DNA from: Octopus vulgaris | Lineage: Eukaryota | Assembly (NCBI GenBank): GCA_951406725.2 | Contig: OX597828.1 | Span: forward strand, 15,190,001-15,254,000 | Length of the DNA: 64,000 nucleotides | Direction of reading: 5' to 3' | Shown here: in pieces, positions 38,491 through 50,557 of the stretch | How the letters are laid out: each line of letters opens with the position of its first letter | How positions within the stretch are numbered: the stretch's first letter is position 1 | The notes under the pieces: model-generated | Database searches by the model: none | What the model saw: only the letters and a program-made list of their open reading frames with translations | Told to the model about the DNA's origin: nothing | Made by a program: the position numbers and the translations under genes

Positions 38491-40156
38491 CTAGCAGCAG
38501 ATATAAGGAAATAAAAAGAAATCCTTATTTTATTAGGTTTTGCTTAAATGGAATGATTGGGAGAGAAAATAAGAGCAAGTAACATAGATTAAGGAAACAA
38601 GATTAGGGTTTTATGTAGTTCTTTTACCCACTTGATGTAGTAACCAGATCTCCCTCAACATACTTCTTACAATTATTGAGATAGAGAGGGTCATGTATAT
38701 TTTAGACTTTAACTCTTTTGTGGCTATATTTCTAGTACAATAGGATTAAAGGTTTGAATGGATCCTTTGGTCTGGCTGAGAGCATGTCAACCACTCTAGT
38801 GCTGGTGCCATAATAAAATACACCCAGTGCACTTTGTAAAGTGGTTGGTATAAGAAAGGGCTTCCAGTTGGAGACGTCCTGTCAAAAACAGAATGCTTGA
38901 GTGAAGCATGATTCTCTCGTTTCTCTGTTTGTCTCTCAGTGTGTGTGTATGTCTGTGATGGGTTTTTTTTTTTTGTTTTTTGTGTGGAAGAAGTAACTTT
39001 GAATGCCATACTTTTTGGCATACAAGTCAAACACTTCAGGCAAAAATTTAAGCCAAGTTAGGTCAACTTGTACACCAAAATGATTTTGGAGGAGCAAAGC
39101 TTCAATGTAAAATGCAACAGGATTTGGAAAGATATTGACCAATGTTTGAATGTTTACACTACATACTGTCAGCTCATATGCTGGAAAATACAGTATGAAA
39201 TGGGACAACCTGTCCAACACATGCCAGTATGGAAAGAAGATGTAAAATGACGGCAATGTGGATATTTTTGTGTTGCAATTAATTTTGAAATCTGGAGGAA
39301 TTTAGAAAGAATAACTTATTTTCATTAGGCTGGTGTCTTTAAGTCAGTACTAGGAATGTAACTTAACAAAAAATTATTTTATTTTGATATGAACACTAAA
39401 AAAATGAACAGTTTTATATCATATTGTCAGAAGCGGTCACAGCTGTTCAAGTGTTGTGGTACCAAAAGTATTGATCTTACAATAGTATGGCTACCATTGG
39501 AATGTTAATTAAATAGTGTTTCAATCAGCTGTTGCCTTGACAAAAAGTTTGCTTAATAACAGCCACAAAAGAATTGGGTAGAGTTGTAAGTTGTAAGGGA
39601 CTGGAAAGAGCTGTTAATGTAATTAGTTATTGTACACTAAAATATCTAATACAAATAAAAAGGAAACTCCATTTATGTTTTGGAGTATAGAGGGTTAAAG
39701 CTGACCCACTGCATTGGTTTCTTCACGGTGAGTAATTTTTTAAAATTATATTAAAAAAAGATTTTAATCCCACTTTTTAAAGTTAAGATAATTAAAAGTA
39801 CATTTTGCTTACAACTCAGATATATTTGAATGTATTTATTATGTCCTTCAAAACTATTTATCCTTATTTTATAGAGGTGAAACATGCTAAAACAGTAGTG
39901 AGGAAGAGAAGAAATTGTGCATGCATGCTAACTCACATAAGATCTAAGATAAAAGAATGCGAGACAAACAATGAGCTGTATCAATAGGATACTAGAATAG
40001 TCTTAGGCACAGAGGTCACAAATGATAACAGCATATATACAGAAAGTGTCTAGAAGTAGAAGTTATTCAGGAGAAGAATATTTTTCAATCAATCAGAGGA
40101 AAAAAAGAATGTGCTGAAGACTTAAAAAAAAAAAAAAAAAATTCAATTTATTTTAC

Positions 40157-40211
40157 CTCTTCCTGACGCGCACCAAAAATAGTATTATATTTTCCTGGTC
40201 TCCCTACAAAT
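40157..40211 (-). CDS. ANO: Anoctamin exon I (FVGRPGKYNTIFGARQEE)
   Basis: gtattcaag acceptor (AAG), GAG/gtaaaa donor, 55 nt, phase 2 to 0; FVG.PG.Y...R.EE motif. Confidence 0.93.
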
Positions 40212-40304
40212 CTTGAATACAAACAGAAAAATTGTTGTAAGTCTTACTGCAAAAAAATAGCTATTAAAGATTATCAGCTGCAAATACAAATATCGCTAAA
40301 TCCG

Positions 40305-40470
40305 CATGCTTTTTTTATTCTCACTCTGTTTATTTCCTCATATTCCTTTCTGTTGAAGAGCGTATGCTCGAAATGTAAAAGACTTTCTCACTTTCCCTGT
40401 GTCAAACTAATACACTTGCTTGTTGTTCATACACCTGTCTTCATCTTTTGTTTTTCTGTAAATTTCAACT
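40305..40470 (+). mobile_element. Short Penelope-like repeat, related to 16973-17131
   Basis: TTGAAGAGCGTATGCTCGAAATGTAAAAGAC...CTAATACAC...CACCTGTCTTCATCTTTTGTTTT. Confidence 0.55.
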
Positions 40471-40829
40471 ATATATATATATATATATATATATATTGTA
40501 GAACTTTAAGAAAGAAAATTTTGACATAAAGATTACAAACTACAAAGTTGTGCACATAGAACATAGAACTCATTAAAATTTTTTTTTACTTCAAATATAT
40601 TTTCAACTATGTAGTTTAAAATAGAGACAAATGGAAGGAAGGAAGGAAGGATTTATGGATGGATGTCTTTTGACTTAAATTCACAGCAGTCATTTCATAG
40701 TATTTCTTAGATGAACTATTCTCATTACCTTGGTGTATCTATCTATTAGGAATAAATGTTAGGTCATCTAGGAATTTGTGTTCAAGGAATTAAGTCCTTC
40801 CACACACTATATATTAAATAATGTTATAT

Positions 40830-41023
40830 TGCATCTTTTAAAACCTCCATGCTTCCTGAAATTCGCCAACACTACACCTGATATCCCCCCACCTCTGTAC
40901 GCATGCACTCATGTATATCATGACTCATACACTGTTCACTTTCCTGACATTTGTACATAATTCTATGTACTGACATGCATCTTTGATGAGTTGTAGTGCA
41001 CCTGAACACCATACACAATAATT

Positions 41024-41060
<37 letters not shown>
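40830..41060 (+). mobile_element. 3' end of the same CR1/L2-group LINE
   Basis: Reverse complement of ~21390-21605, ends in (TTA)n. Confidence 0.8.
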
Positions 41061-41664
41061 GGTGATGATAAGGGGTAAATATAATAGTCACTGAGCTTCA
41101 TTCAGTTCAAACCATTTGTCGATAGTTGGTTTTTAGTATTTTGATCGGAATGGCTTCTACAGGTCACCAATTTTACAGTCTAAGTCTCTGATGGTAACTG
41201 CAGGTACATATGAGACAAACTCAATTATATCCAGAACAAATTCTGTGAGACAGCATTTCATACTATCAGTACCATAATTCCTGAAGATGCTGGAAGTCAA
41301 TGGATAACCATTGTTACTAGTTGCCTGCAGGGTTCCAAACCCAGGAAACAACTCTTCTAATGCTTGTTTCTTGAAGTTACTACATATCAGTGAAAGTACA
41401 ACCACTGCTATCCACAAGGCACTCCTGAGAGGAGAGGTTGATATAAAGCTGGTTCAGTCATGACCTTCCCAACAGAAATATGTAACCCATGCCAGCATAA
41501 GAAACATGTTAAAATATGAAGATGATGATATATATATATATATATATATGAATAATGGCATTATAGTGTAATTAATATTTAGTAATATAAGGTGAAGAAA
41601 ATAGAAAAAAATAGAACAAGTTGAAACATTGAGAAATTGTCAATAATTTCATGAACATACTTAC

Positions 41665-41813
41665 TTTCCTTTGAAGAAAGCGATATAAATGATAGAGGAA
41701 TAATAATTGACAAATTGCAGAGCGAATAGTTTGAAGGTCAGGCTATTATCATACTCTGTTTGTGTACGTAAACATTCCAAATCAGTCAACCAGAAAGCTG
41801 CTCTTCTGTAAAT
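41665..41813 (-). CDS. ANO: Anoctamin exon H (IYRRAAFWLTDLECLRTQTEYDNSLTFKLFALQFVNYYSSIIYIAFFKG; TM5)
   Basis: tctaaatcag acceptor, AA/gtaagt donor, 149 nt, phase 0 to 2. Confidence 0.97.
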
Positions 41814-42745
41814 CTGATTTAGAAAAATTGAAAACATATATTTTTGTACACATTATCGGCATATAATGTTGATGATGAAAAAGATGATTAACAATAGAGG
41901 GGAAAACTGCGGGGTTAAATGCTCAGCAGCATTTTGTCTGTCTTTAATGTTCTGAGTTCAAATTCCACCAAGGTTGACGTCTTTCATTCTTTCTGGGCTG
42001 ATAAAGTGAGTACCAGTTGAACACTGGGATTGATGTAATTGCGACTTACCCACTCCCCAAAAATTGCTTGCCTTGAGCCAGAATTTGAAACCAATAAAGA
42101 AGAAGATCAAAAGTAATACTTATAGTAATAGTTTCAAATTTTGGCATAAGGTTAGCAATTTTAGGGGTCAGGGTCAGTCAATTATAACGGCTCCAGTACT
42201 TGATTGGTACTTTATTTTATCAATCCTGAAATGATGAATGGCGAAGTCAACCCTGGTAATATTTGAACTAATGCAAAGAACCAAAAGAAATGCTGTTAAG
42301 CATTTTGTCCAATATGCTAATGATTCTGCCAGGTCCAGACCTTAATAACACTTATAATAAGGATGATAATTATATTACATCACAGTTAATCTTCTGACTA
42401 AACTAAAGCAGCTAGGTTTCCAGTTTTTTTTAAATTGCAGGTAACCATTAGTTATTCATAGGTCCTTATTATGATAGTAATGATGATAATGACTTAACAT
42501 AAGCACAAGTCCATAAATTTGTGTGAGGTGGGTGACAATGTTACATCACCCAACCTACCCAGTATTTCTCTGATACTTGCTTTATTAACCATGGAAGGAT
42601 AAAAGCTAATATTTTTTTTTCAACTGCATTTTACAGCCAGAGGTGTATATGATGGAATAGTATTATATAAAATATCATTTAGCATAACAACCAAATAGTT
42701 CAAGTTCAACATGTGAAAGTATATTCAATCATTATAATGTATTTA

Positions 42746-43313
42746 CGAGGGGCGTTCAATAAGTAATGCCCCTGACCCACTTGCAGTTGTTTGGACCAGG
42801 ACGGAGTAGTGAAGACAGATTTCCTGGCAAAGGGTGCCACAATTACAGGAGTCTATTATGCTTCACTTTTGAGGAAATTAAGAGAAGCTATCAAAATCAA
42901 GAGGCGGGGCAAGATCAGCAAAGTCATCCTCCTCCTGCAGGACAACGCTTCGATCCACAACTCGCGTGTCGCCAGATCAGAAGCACGGGCGTGCGGCTAT
43001 GAACTCATCCCCCATTCCCTTTACTCTCCTGACCTTGCACCCTCTGATTTTCACCTCTTCCCAGCCATGAAGTTGTTTTTGAAAGGAAAGCATTTCCCAG
43101 ATGATGCAGCCTTGATTTCTGAAGTCACATCGTGGTTGGAGGACCAAGCTGGGGTCTTCTACAAAAACGGTCTCCAGAGCTGCATCAAACGATGGGAGAA
43201 ATGTGTAACTCTGGGTGGTTCCTATGTAGAAAAAGACTAATAACTGTGCCAAGTTTCGTTGCTCTACTGCTATGGGAAGTGGATCAGGGGCATTACTTAT
43301 TGAACGCCCCTCG
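42746..43313 (+). mobile_element. Internally deleted mariner (D34D) DNA transposon
   Basis: 37-bp TIR CGAGGGGCGTTCAATAAGTAATGCCCCTGA(C/T)CCACTT with 1 mismatch, TA TSD on both sides, transposase remnant inside. Confidence 0.95.
42791..43240 (+). pseudogene. Mariner transposase C-terminal fragment
   Basis: LLLQDNA...YSPDLAPSDFHLF...RWEKCV...G.YVE; 34 residues between 2nd and 3rd catalytic Asp; DNA-binding domain and first Asp deleted. Confidence 0.92.
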
Positions 43314-43874
43314 TACATATGGCAATGAGTACTGTTACTGACAAAGCCCAATGATGCAGAAATGCATGTTTAGCATTCTCACTGTCACTATTGGATAATT
43401 TTTATATGCTACTGATATATTCGTGTCTTCAAACAGCACATTCATAGGAGATATTATCTTTGGATAAATACTGCAGTAAATATGCTTTCTTCATAATGTG
43501 TTTACATCAAGTATGATACACAGATGGCTATTTTAATCTAATTCTATTTCTGTAGCATATAACAGGTATTTCTATGTGTTTCAAACATATTAGAATAACA
43601 ATGAAAACAATAAATTTAATGTTTCAATGCTTCAGAGTTGTATTTGTCTGGCAAATAACTTGCATCAGAAACCAAGTGTTGAACTTGAAGCAACTACATA
43701 GTGGAAGGGTCATTTTAGTGATCTGAAAACAAACAAAAACTGCTATGTGCACTTTTCATCAATTTGTGAGGTGTCAAAATTTTTGTCACACCACCACAAT
43801 AACCTGGTAACTGACACAGGACACAGTTTCAAACAACTATAGTGGAAATGTTAATGTGTGTGTGTGTGTGAACA

Positions 43875-44091
43875 AAGGTGGGCTGAAACGTTCCTGGCTT
43901 TGAATAAAAGAAAATACAGGAGGATCAGTTAATTATGATTTTATTCAACATATTCCCCTTTCATATTCACACACCTATTGCAGCAATCCTTCAGTTTTTC
44001 TAAGCCCTGTAAAAGAACTCAGGAGGTTAGGCATCCAACCAGGCCTTTTGCAATAGCCTTAAAACCAGGAACTATTCAGCACCCGCTCATA
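43875..44091. mobile_element. Mariner-type MITE, decayed
   Basis: Termini GGGCTGAAACGTTCCTGG ... CCAGGAACTATTCAGCACCC, TA flank at right end. Confidence 0.55.
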
Positions 44092-44175
44092 TATATGCAT
44101 TTTTGTCACAGGGATGTGATAAAAATTTTGTTGCCTGTAACCTCATTTATTATTGATCTGTGATAACATGGTAGA

Positions 44176-44473
44176 ACTATACAGTTCTATATTTAAGAGA
44201 TGAGGAATTATGTACATTATTTACATTTGACGGATATTTGTCTTCATCTTGTTTGTTGTTAACACAACGTTTCGGCTGATACACCCTCCAGCCTTCATCA
44301 GTTGTCTTGGGGAAATTTCGAACCTGGGTTCTAATTCCTAAGGTATTTTTTGATGTTATTATTGTTATTATTGTTCAGGTCACTGCTTGGAATCGAACTC
44401 AGAATCTTGAGGTTAGTAGCCCACACTCTTAACCACTATGCCATATCCGTCAAATATAAATAATGTAAATAAT
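44176..44473 (-). mobile_element. tRNA-headed SINE-like element containing the hammerhead, with inverted terminal duplication
   Basis: A box TGGCATAGTGG and B box GAGTTCGATTCC at ~44445-44389; 44443-44473 is an inverted copy of 44207-44237; ATGGTAGA at 44168-44175 and 44472-44479 may be a TSD. Confidence 0.7.
44261..44306 (-). ncRNA. Minimal type I hammerhead ribozyme motif (Penelope-like element type)
   Basis: Minus strand GACAA-CTGATGA-A-GGCTG-(10 nt loop)-CAGCC-GAAA-CGTT-GTGTT: full catalytic core, 5-bp stem II, palindromic AACGTT helix III, stem I GACAA/GTGTT with one mismatch next to the core. Confidence 0.75.
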
Positions 44474-45279
44474 GGTAGACTCAGTTATGAACCATGATAT
44501 GCTTATCATAGATTGAATTGTGATATGCACCAACAATCAGTCAGACTTTACTTGTATTACAAAAAAGCTCCTGGCTAATCATCTACAAAAGCCCAGCTGC
44601 CAAGAATGCACTGACGAGTGCTTGTGTTTACATAACCAAGCTGTGTGGTCATGTATTTTGTACTCAGACTCATCAACATGGGGCCAGTAAACAGAAAAAA
44701 TATGAAGGCACCTGATGCTTACAAACAACACAGATAAGTGTATTCTCTGCAGGAAAAGGTAGAAATGATCAAGAATGTACGTGACAGTGGAAGCTTTACT
44801 GCAGTGGGCCATGAGTTTATGCCAATGAATCTGCCATTCATTCCATTTACAAGATATATGGAGATGATTCATTTATCACTGGTTCATTTATCACTGTATT
44901 TTTTGGAGTCAACTCCCCCATGCTAAATGAGGATAGATGTACCTCATAAAATAAAGTTAAACATAACAGAAACTTAATGCTTGGTATTTAATGTTTATAA
45001 GATTTATACACAACCTCTAGCCCTTGGGTGACAGTGGAGTCTACTCTGTTGTGAATATTAGAACAAAGTGTCTGAAGCAAGGAAAGCTATGAGTTCTGGT
45101 TTCTTTCTTTCTTCTGATAAAGCCATTAAAAACATACATCAATAGAGAAACCATAGAGATGCTCCCTTATGCTTATCATGGCTTCATCTGTAATATCATG
45201 CATCAGCAATCAATCAAAGACTCTGCTTGTTCTACAGGTGAGTTGTGATGCTGAAGTAGAAGACTGGTGTTATACTTAC

Positions 45280-45444
45280 TATGTTCAATATCATGATGAT
45301 GAGTAAATTGATGCAAGCAGAAATTACTGTTGTCATTAAACCAGCATTTTTGTAAATGATGTTCTCTTCTCTTAATTGAAGGGCCGCCAACATTGACACT
45401 CGGAAAGCTATCACACCCAAAACAGCTGCTATTGCGATGCTAAC
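45280..45444 (-). CDS. ANO: Anoctamin exon G (VSIAIAAVLGVIAFRVS...SACINLLIIMILNI; TM3-TM4)
   Basis: aattttag acceptor, ATA/gtaagt donor, 165 nt, phase 0 to 0. Confidence 0.95.
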
Positions 45445-45947
45445 CTAAAATTAGAAAGAAAAAAAGAAGGGAAAAAAATGAGGAAATATTTCAGTTTTAG
45501 AATATCATTTGTTTGATAAATTAGGTGCAGGCGTGGCTGGGCGAAGAAACTTGTTTCTCAACTATGTGGTCTTGGTTTCAGTCCACTCCATGGCAGCTTG
45601 GGCAAAATGTCTTCTACTATAGCCCTGGATCAACAAAAAGCCTTATTAATCAATTTGATGGAAACTGAAAGAATCTCATCGTGCATGTGCATATGTGTGT
45701 GTGTGCGTGTGTGTGTGTACTCTTGTCTAAACATCTTGTGATAGTTCTAAATGAGCATCATCATACAAGCAAGGTTATTTTGTTTTCAGTCTGCAGGGGA
45801 AAACATATCTAGTTACGGAGAAATATTACCTTACTTGGAAATTGGCAAGGGTTGGTGGCAAGGGCATCTAGCCTTAGAAAATCAGCTGCAACCCCAACAA
45901 ATTCCGTTTTATCCATGCAAGCTTGGGGAAAGGTATCATTAAATAAT

Positions 45948-46271
45948 CTTATTTTATTTATGCGCCCTTTTCAAGCCTAACCAGGCTCATGGGCCCGGTT
46001 TCCCGGTTTCTGTGGCGTATGTACTACCCTCCCATCCAAGCTGTATGGGACACCAGTCCATCACAGTGTTTCTCAAGAAACAGGAAGAAAGAGAAAAAGT
46101 TGGGGCAAAAGAGTAGAACAGGGGTCACCACCACCCCCTGTGCCAGAGCCTTGTGGAGCTTTTTAGGTGTTTTTGCCCAATAAACACACACAACGCTTGG
46201 TCTGGGAATCGAAACCGCGATCCTCCGACCGCAAGTCCGCTGCCCTAACCACTGGGCCATTGCGCCTCCAC
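45948..46271 (-). mobile_element. SINE family 4 head with family 3-type tail
   Basis: 13-bp TSD ATCATTAAATAAT (45935-45947, 46272-46284); tail matches ~12105-12185. Confidence 0.88.
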
Positions 46272-46369
46272 ATCATTAAATAATGCTGATTTGTAACTTG
46301 ATCTGACATTGAGTGTTGAAACTAAAACAACCACAACAACAACAGCCATCGCTATCACCACCACCATGT

Positions 46370-46754
46370 GGATGGAAACAGTCGGTTATGACGATGAGGG
46401 TTCCGGTTGATCCGAATCAACGGAACAGCCTGCTCGTGAAATTAACGTGTAAGTGGCTGAGCACTCCACAGACACGTGTACCCTTAACGTAGTTCTTGGG
46501 GATATTCAGCGTGACACAGAGAGTGACAAGGCCGGCCCTTTGAAATACAGGTACAACAGAAACAGGAAGTAAGAGTGAGAGAAAGTTGTGGTGAAAGAGT
46601 ACAGCAGGGATCACCACCATCCCTGCCGGAGCCTCGTGGAGCTTTAGGTGTTTTCGCTCAATAAACACTCACAACGCCCGGTCTGGGAATCGAAACCGCG
46701 ATCCTATGACCGCGAGTCTGCTGCCCTAACCACTGGGCCATTGCGCCTCCACTA
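46370..46754 (-). mobile_element. Young tRNA-derived SINE family 4
   Basis: A box TGGCCCAGTGG, B box GTTTCGATTCC, CpG-rich; 13-bp TSD ACCACCACCATGT (46357-46369, 46755-46767). Confidence 0.9.
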
Positions 46755-47404
46755 ACCACCACCATGTAACCAGTATGTGAACGTTTTACATTCTACACTG
46801 AAATATCAGACAAAGCGTAAAACCAGGATTCTTAAACACTGCTAAGATTTAATACAAGCACTATTTATAATTTAATATAAGTGCTATCTATCCCACTGCT
46901 AAACAGGTTTGTCCAGTGAAACAGTGGTGCCTTTGTCAGTAATTTTGAATAATCTGCATATTGTGAAGAGTTATTTGTTAAACTGCACTGGGACTTTAAA
47001 CCTTAGCTGTAAGCTTTGTCAAGTATTTAAAATAATATAATGAACTTATTGTATACAATATTCAGGTGCATTACAACTTGTTGGAAACAGTTAAAAGGAG
47101 ATACAAAGAACAAACATAGAAGTCAAATAAAGAAAGACAACAATGAAAGCTAGAAGTACATGTAGAGCACACAGAATAAAACACAAAAATCGAGATAAGT
47201 GAACATCAAAATAGTTCTAAAGAATAAGGGAGCATAGGCATGTTAGTAGTGTAGGTAGATTTTGAGAAGCATGGAAGTTTTAAGAGATGCAGTATCCTGA
47301 TAGGGACATGGGTAGTTTATTCCAGGTTTCAACAATTCTGAGCAAGATAAAATGTTTCCGAAAGTCATGAGTGTTGTGCTGCTTTTATGATTTTATAAGC
47401 ATGT

Positions 47405-47770
47405 TGTGGCAGTGTTGTAAGAAGCTTGCTTCCCAACCACATGGTTCTAGGTTCAGTCCCACTGCATGACACCTTGGGCAAGTGTCTTTTACACTAGCCT
47501 CAGGCTGACCAAAGCCTTGTGAATGGATTTGGTAGACAGAAACTGAAAGAAGCTCGTCGTGTGTGTGTGTGTGTTTGTCCCCCACCACTGCTTGACAACT
47601 GGTAGTAGTGTGTTTACGTCGCCACAACTTAGAGGTTTGGAAAAGAGACAGTTACAATAAGTACGAGGCTTCAAAATTGAACAAGTCTTAGGGTCAGCTT
47701 GTTTGACTAAAACCCTTGAAGGTGGTGCCTTAGTATGGCTGCAGTCAAATGACTGAAAAAGATAAAAGAT
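47405..47770 (+). mobile_element. SINE family 1
   Basis: Near full-length copy interrupting a LINE remnant. Confidence 0.85.
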
Positions 47771-48413
47771 ATCCACAGGTGGTTGTGGTATGGAATTTAA
47801 AAAGGTGACCAAACTTATTGGAAAGATGGTGGATAATCTTATGGGTTTCTACCAAGGCAAATACTGGATGTTGGAATTTTAATGTGTTGATACCAGTTTG
47901 AAATTGGTAACTTCTTTTTATTTACTAATGGCATTTTGTAATAGTCTTGATGGCAGTATTTGTGGTGGTCATGGTAAGAATAGCAGAGTTAACAATGATA
48001 ACTATATGCATATAAGAGACAACATATTAAAAAAAAGAATCAATATTTGTCACACACTAAAACCATGTTCAGGGAATGATATGTGAATTACTATACTGGA
48101 CTGTTAACCTGGGCTCACCACCACACAATATATAAAAGAAGAGAGTATTTAATCCTTCTGTTATCAAATTCCTGCTGAAATATACAGTCTGTTTCAATTA
48201 ATTTTGAAAATAATTAAAAATTTTAGCAAAATAATTTAGATCTTATTAAAATGATGCTTGGAACACAAATTAACATGAAATTTTGATGAAGTCTTTTTAT
48301 TTTATTTTATTCTTTTAACTAAGATTCACTTTAAAACATGAATTTTGTATCAAAGAACCAGGAGTGACTTCAGGTTGGTTGGTTCCAAAACAGTTAAAAT
48401 TATATGAGCTTAC

Positions 48414-48491
48414 CATAAACAGCATAAGTGAATACGAAAAACAGATGATTGGTATCTGGCGAGTCCAAAATGGGATGTATGGTTCATCCAT
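48414..48491 (-). CDS. ANO: Anoctamin exon F (MDEPYIPFWTRQIPIICFSYSLMLFM)
   Basis: ttctcttag acceptor, ATG/gtaagc donor, 78 nt, phase 0 to 0; EPY.P motif. Confidence 0.93.
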
Positions 48492-48955
48492 CTAAGAGAA
48501 TAGTCAAAAAGAAGAAAATAAATTTTAAAAGAGATTTAATAATTGTTTGGTTTGCATTCCAAAAAGAAAAATTATTGCAAAATGTTTTTATACATAACTG
48601 AAACTCAGTGGCTGTCAAGCCAACAAGGAAACTTCTAAATTTTGTCCTGTATGTAAAAAAAGGGGCAATCAGCATAATGGACAAGCTTTCATTCTTCAAC
48701 AAACAACCACTGCTGGCTCCTCCCTACTACTCCAGCATATTTTATCTCCTCTCTACCATGTCCTTCAACATTTTCTTTTATGAGCCAATGAGGAAGCCTC
48801 TATGTCATTATTCAATCTGCTAGAAAAAGCAGCCTAGAGCAACTAACTAACTGACCCTATGTCAGTTACAATGAGTGTTCAATTTGATCTGATCAACAGA
48901 ATTTTCTGCACATGAAATTTACCTAGAAGTGATTGAACACTCTACAGACACATAT

Positions 48956-49150
48956 AGGCGTAGGAGTGGCTGTGTGGTAAGTAGCTTGCTTACCAATCAC
49001 ATGGTTCCAGGTTCAGTCCCACTGCATGGCACCTTGGGCAAGTGTCTTCTACTATAGCCTCGGGCTGACCAAAGCCCTGTGAGTGGATTTGTTAAACGGA
49101 AACTGTTAAACGGAAATTTGTTAAACGGAAGCCCGTCATATATATGTATG

Positions 49151-49217
<67 letters not shown>

Positions 49218-49447
49218 GTGTGTATATGCTTGTTTGTCTGTGTTTGTCTCCCCAACATCGCTTGACAACTGATGCTGGTGTTTTTATGTCCCTGTAACTT
49301 AATGGTTCAGCAAAAGATACCAACAGAATAAGTACTAGGCTTACAAAGAATAAGTTTTGGGCCGATTTGCTCGACTAAAGGTGGTATTCCAGCAAGGCCA
49401 CAGTCAAATGACTGAAACAAGTAAAAGAGTAAAAAGTGTAAAGAGTA
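48956..49447 (+). mobile_element. tRNA-derived SINE family 1 with internal TA/TG microsatellite
   Basis: A box TGGCTGTGTGG, B box GGTTCAGTCCC, tail TGACTGAAACAAGTAAAAGAG; many copies in window. Confidence 0.9.
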
Positions 49448-50269
49448 TACCTTTAATGTAGTTCTTATGGAGATTCAGCATGACAACAGAATGTGGCAAG
49501 GCCGGTTCTTTGAAATACAAGTATTACAGCCCAAAACTCTCAGAAATCACACCCTACTGTCTTTAAAAAACTGTAAGACACATTAGATAATGTGGTTTTA
49601 GATACACTATTTGTGGGATGGTCATGGCTGGAATTCCTTTGATAATAAATCTGCTTGATTATTGCCAACCTAGAGCTAAATAATAACATACAAGATTCAT
49701 ATATTTTTCTACCTAGGTCCACCTCAACTCACTTTATGTACATGCACTCCTCTTCCACTTTTCATTCCATTTGGGGTTCACGCCCTGGACTCTAGCTTAA
49801 CATCTTTCTTCCTTCCTGTACAAAATTACAAGCCTCTGGAGGTTGCTTAAAATCAACGCATCAAGTTCGTTGAGAAGGAGAGCAAGGGCTATGAGCATTG
49901 AATTCCTTTCTCAGACTAGTTTTGAAAACAAAAACAAAACATATGTAGTTGCCTGACTTGCTTAAGAGATGATTGTTTGAGGTTAGTAATTCAGATATTG
50001 CTGTTTCATAGAGTAGAGACCATTGAAGAGATGTTTGAAGAAAGAAAGAACAGATTAAAAAGAGAGCAAGAGAGAATAAGAGAGGGAAAGGAGAAAGACA
50101 GAAACAGAACGATGGACATGACAATATTAATAGGGAAAAAGAAAAGTAAAGACAAACCACACTATTTAATACTTTCCAATTTAAATTAAGGTGATGAAAT
50201 TTTCATAAATCAAATATCCTTTCTTTAAAGAAAAAAGGCAAAAAGAAAAACAAGTTGCACTCTAATTAC

Positions 50270-50341
50270 CTGTGAAATTGGATCTCTTCTATATTTTTTA
50301 TCATTGGCCATCTTAGCTAGATATTCTGGGCGAGGCGGTTC
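50270..50341 (-). CDS. ANO: Anoctamin exon E (EPPRPEYLAKMANDKKYRRDPISQ)
   Basis: atttcag acceptor, CAG/gtaatt donor, 72 nt, phase 0 to 0; PRPEY motif. Confidence 0.94.
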
Positions 50342-50557
50342 CTGAAATTATAAGACAACATTTGCTTGGAATTTGTTGAACATTTTCATTAATCAGAAAA
50401 TATAACCATGTAAAAATTAATTTTACAAAATGCTTGTTGTTTTATTATCATTGTTCCATGCTACTTTGGATGGAATATTCTTGTTGAATTGATGCAACTA
50501 CTGAAGGGGTGTGGTCTAATTGGTTAGGTTGTTGGGCTTATGATTGTAAGGTTGTGG

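Noticed and set aside
40212-40214. AAG acceptor of exon I as a non-canonical intron
   Set aside because: Still a GT-AG intron; AAG acceptors are uncommon but ordinary.
41157-41417. 86-aa minus-strand ORF in intron H-I
   Set aside because: No anoctamin similarity and exons H and I already join in frame; may be retroelement debris but no motif I can support.
46680-46752. tRNA gene candidates (also ~36436-36510, ~46200-46271, ~44380-44448 and other SINE heads)
   Set aside because: A and B boxes present but no proper acceptor stem; all continue into SINE bodies, some with TSDs.
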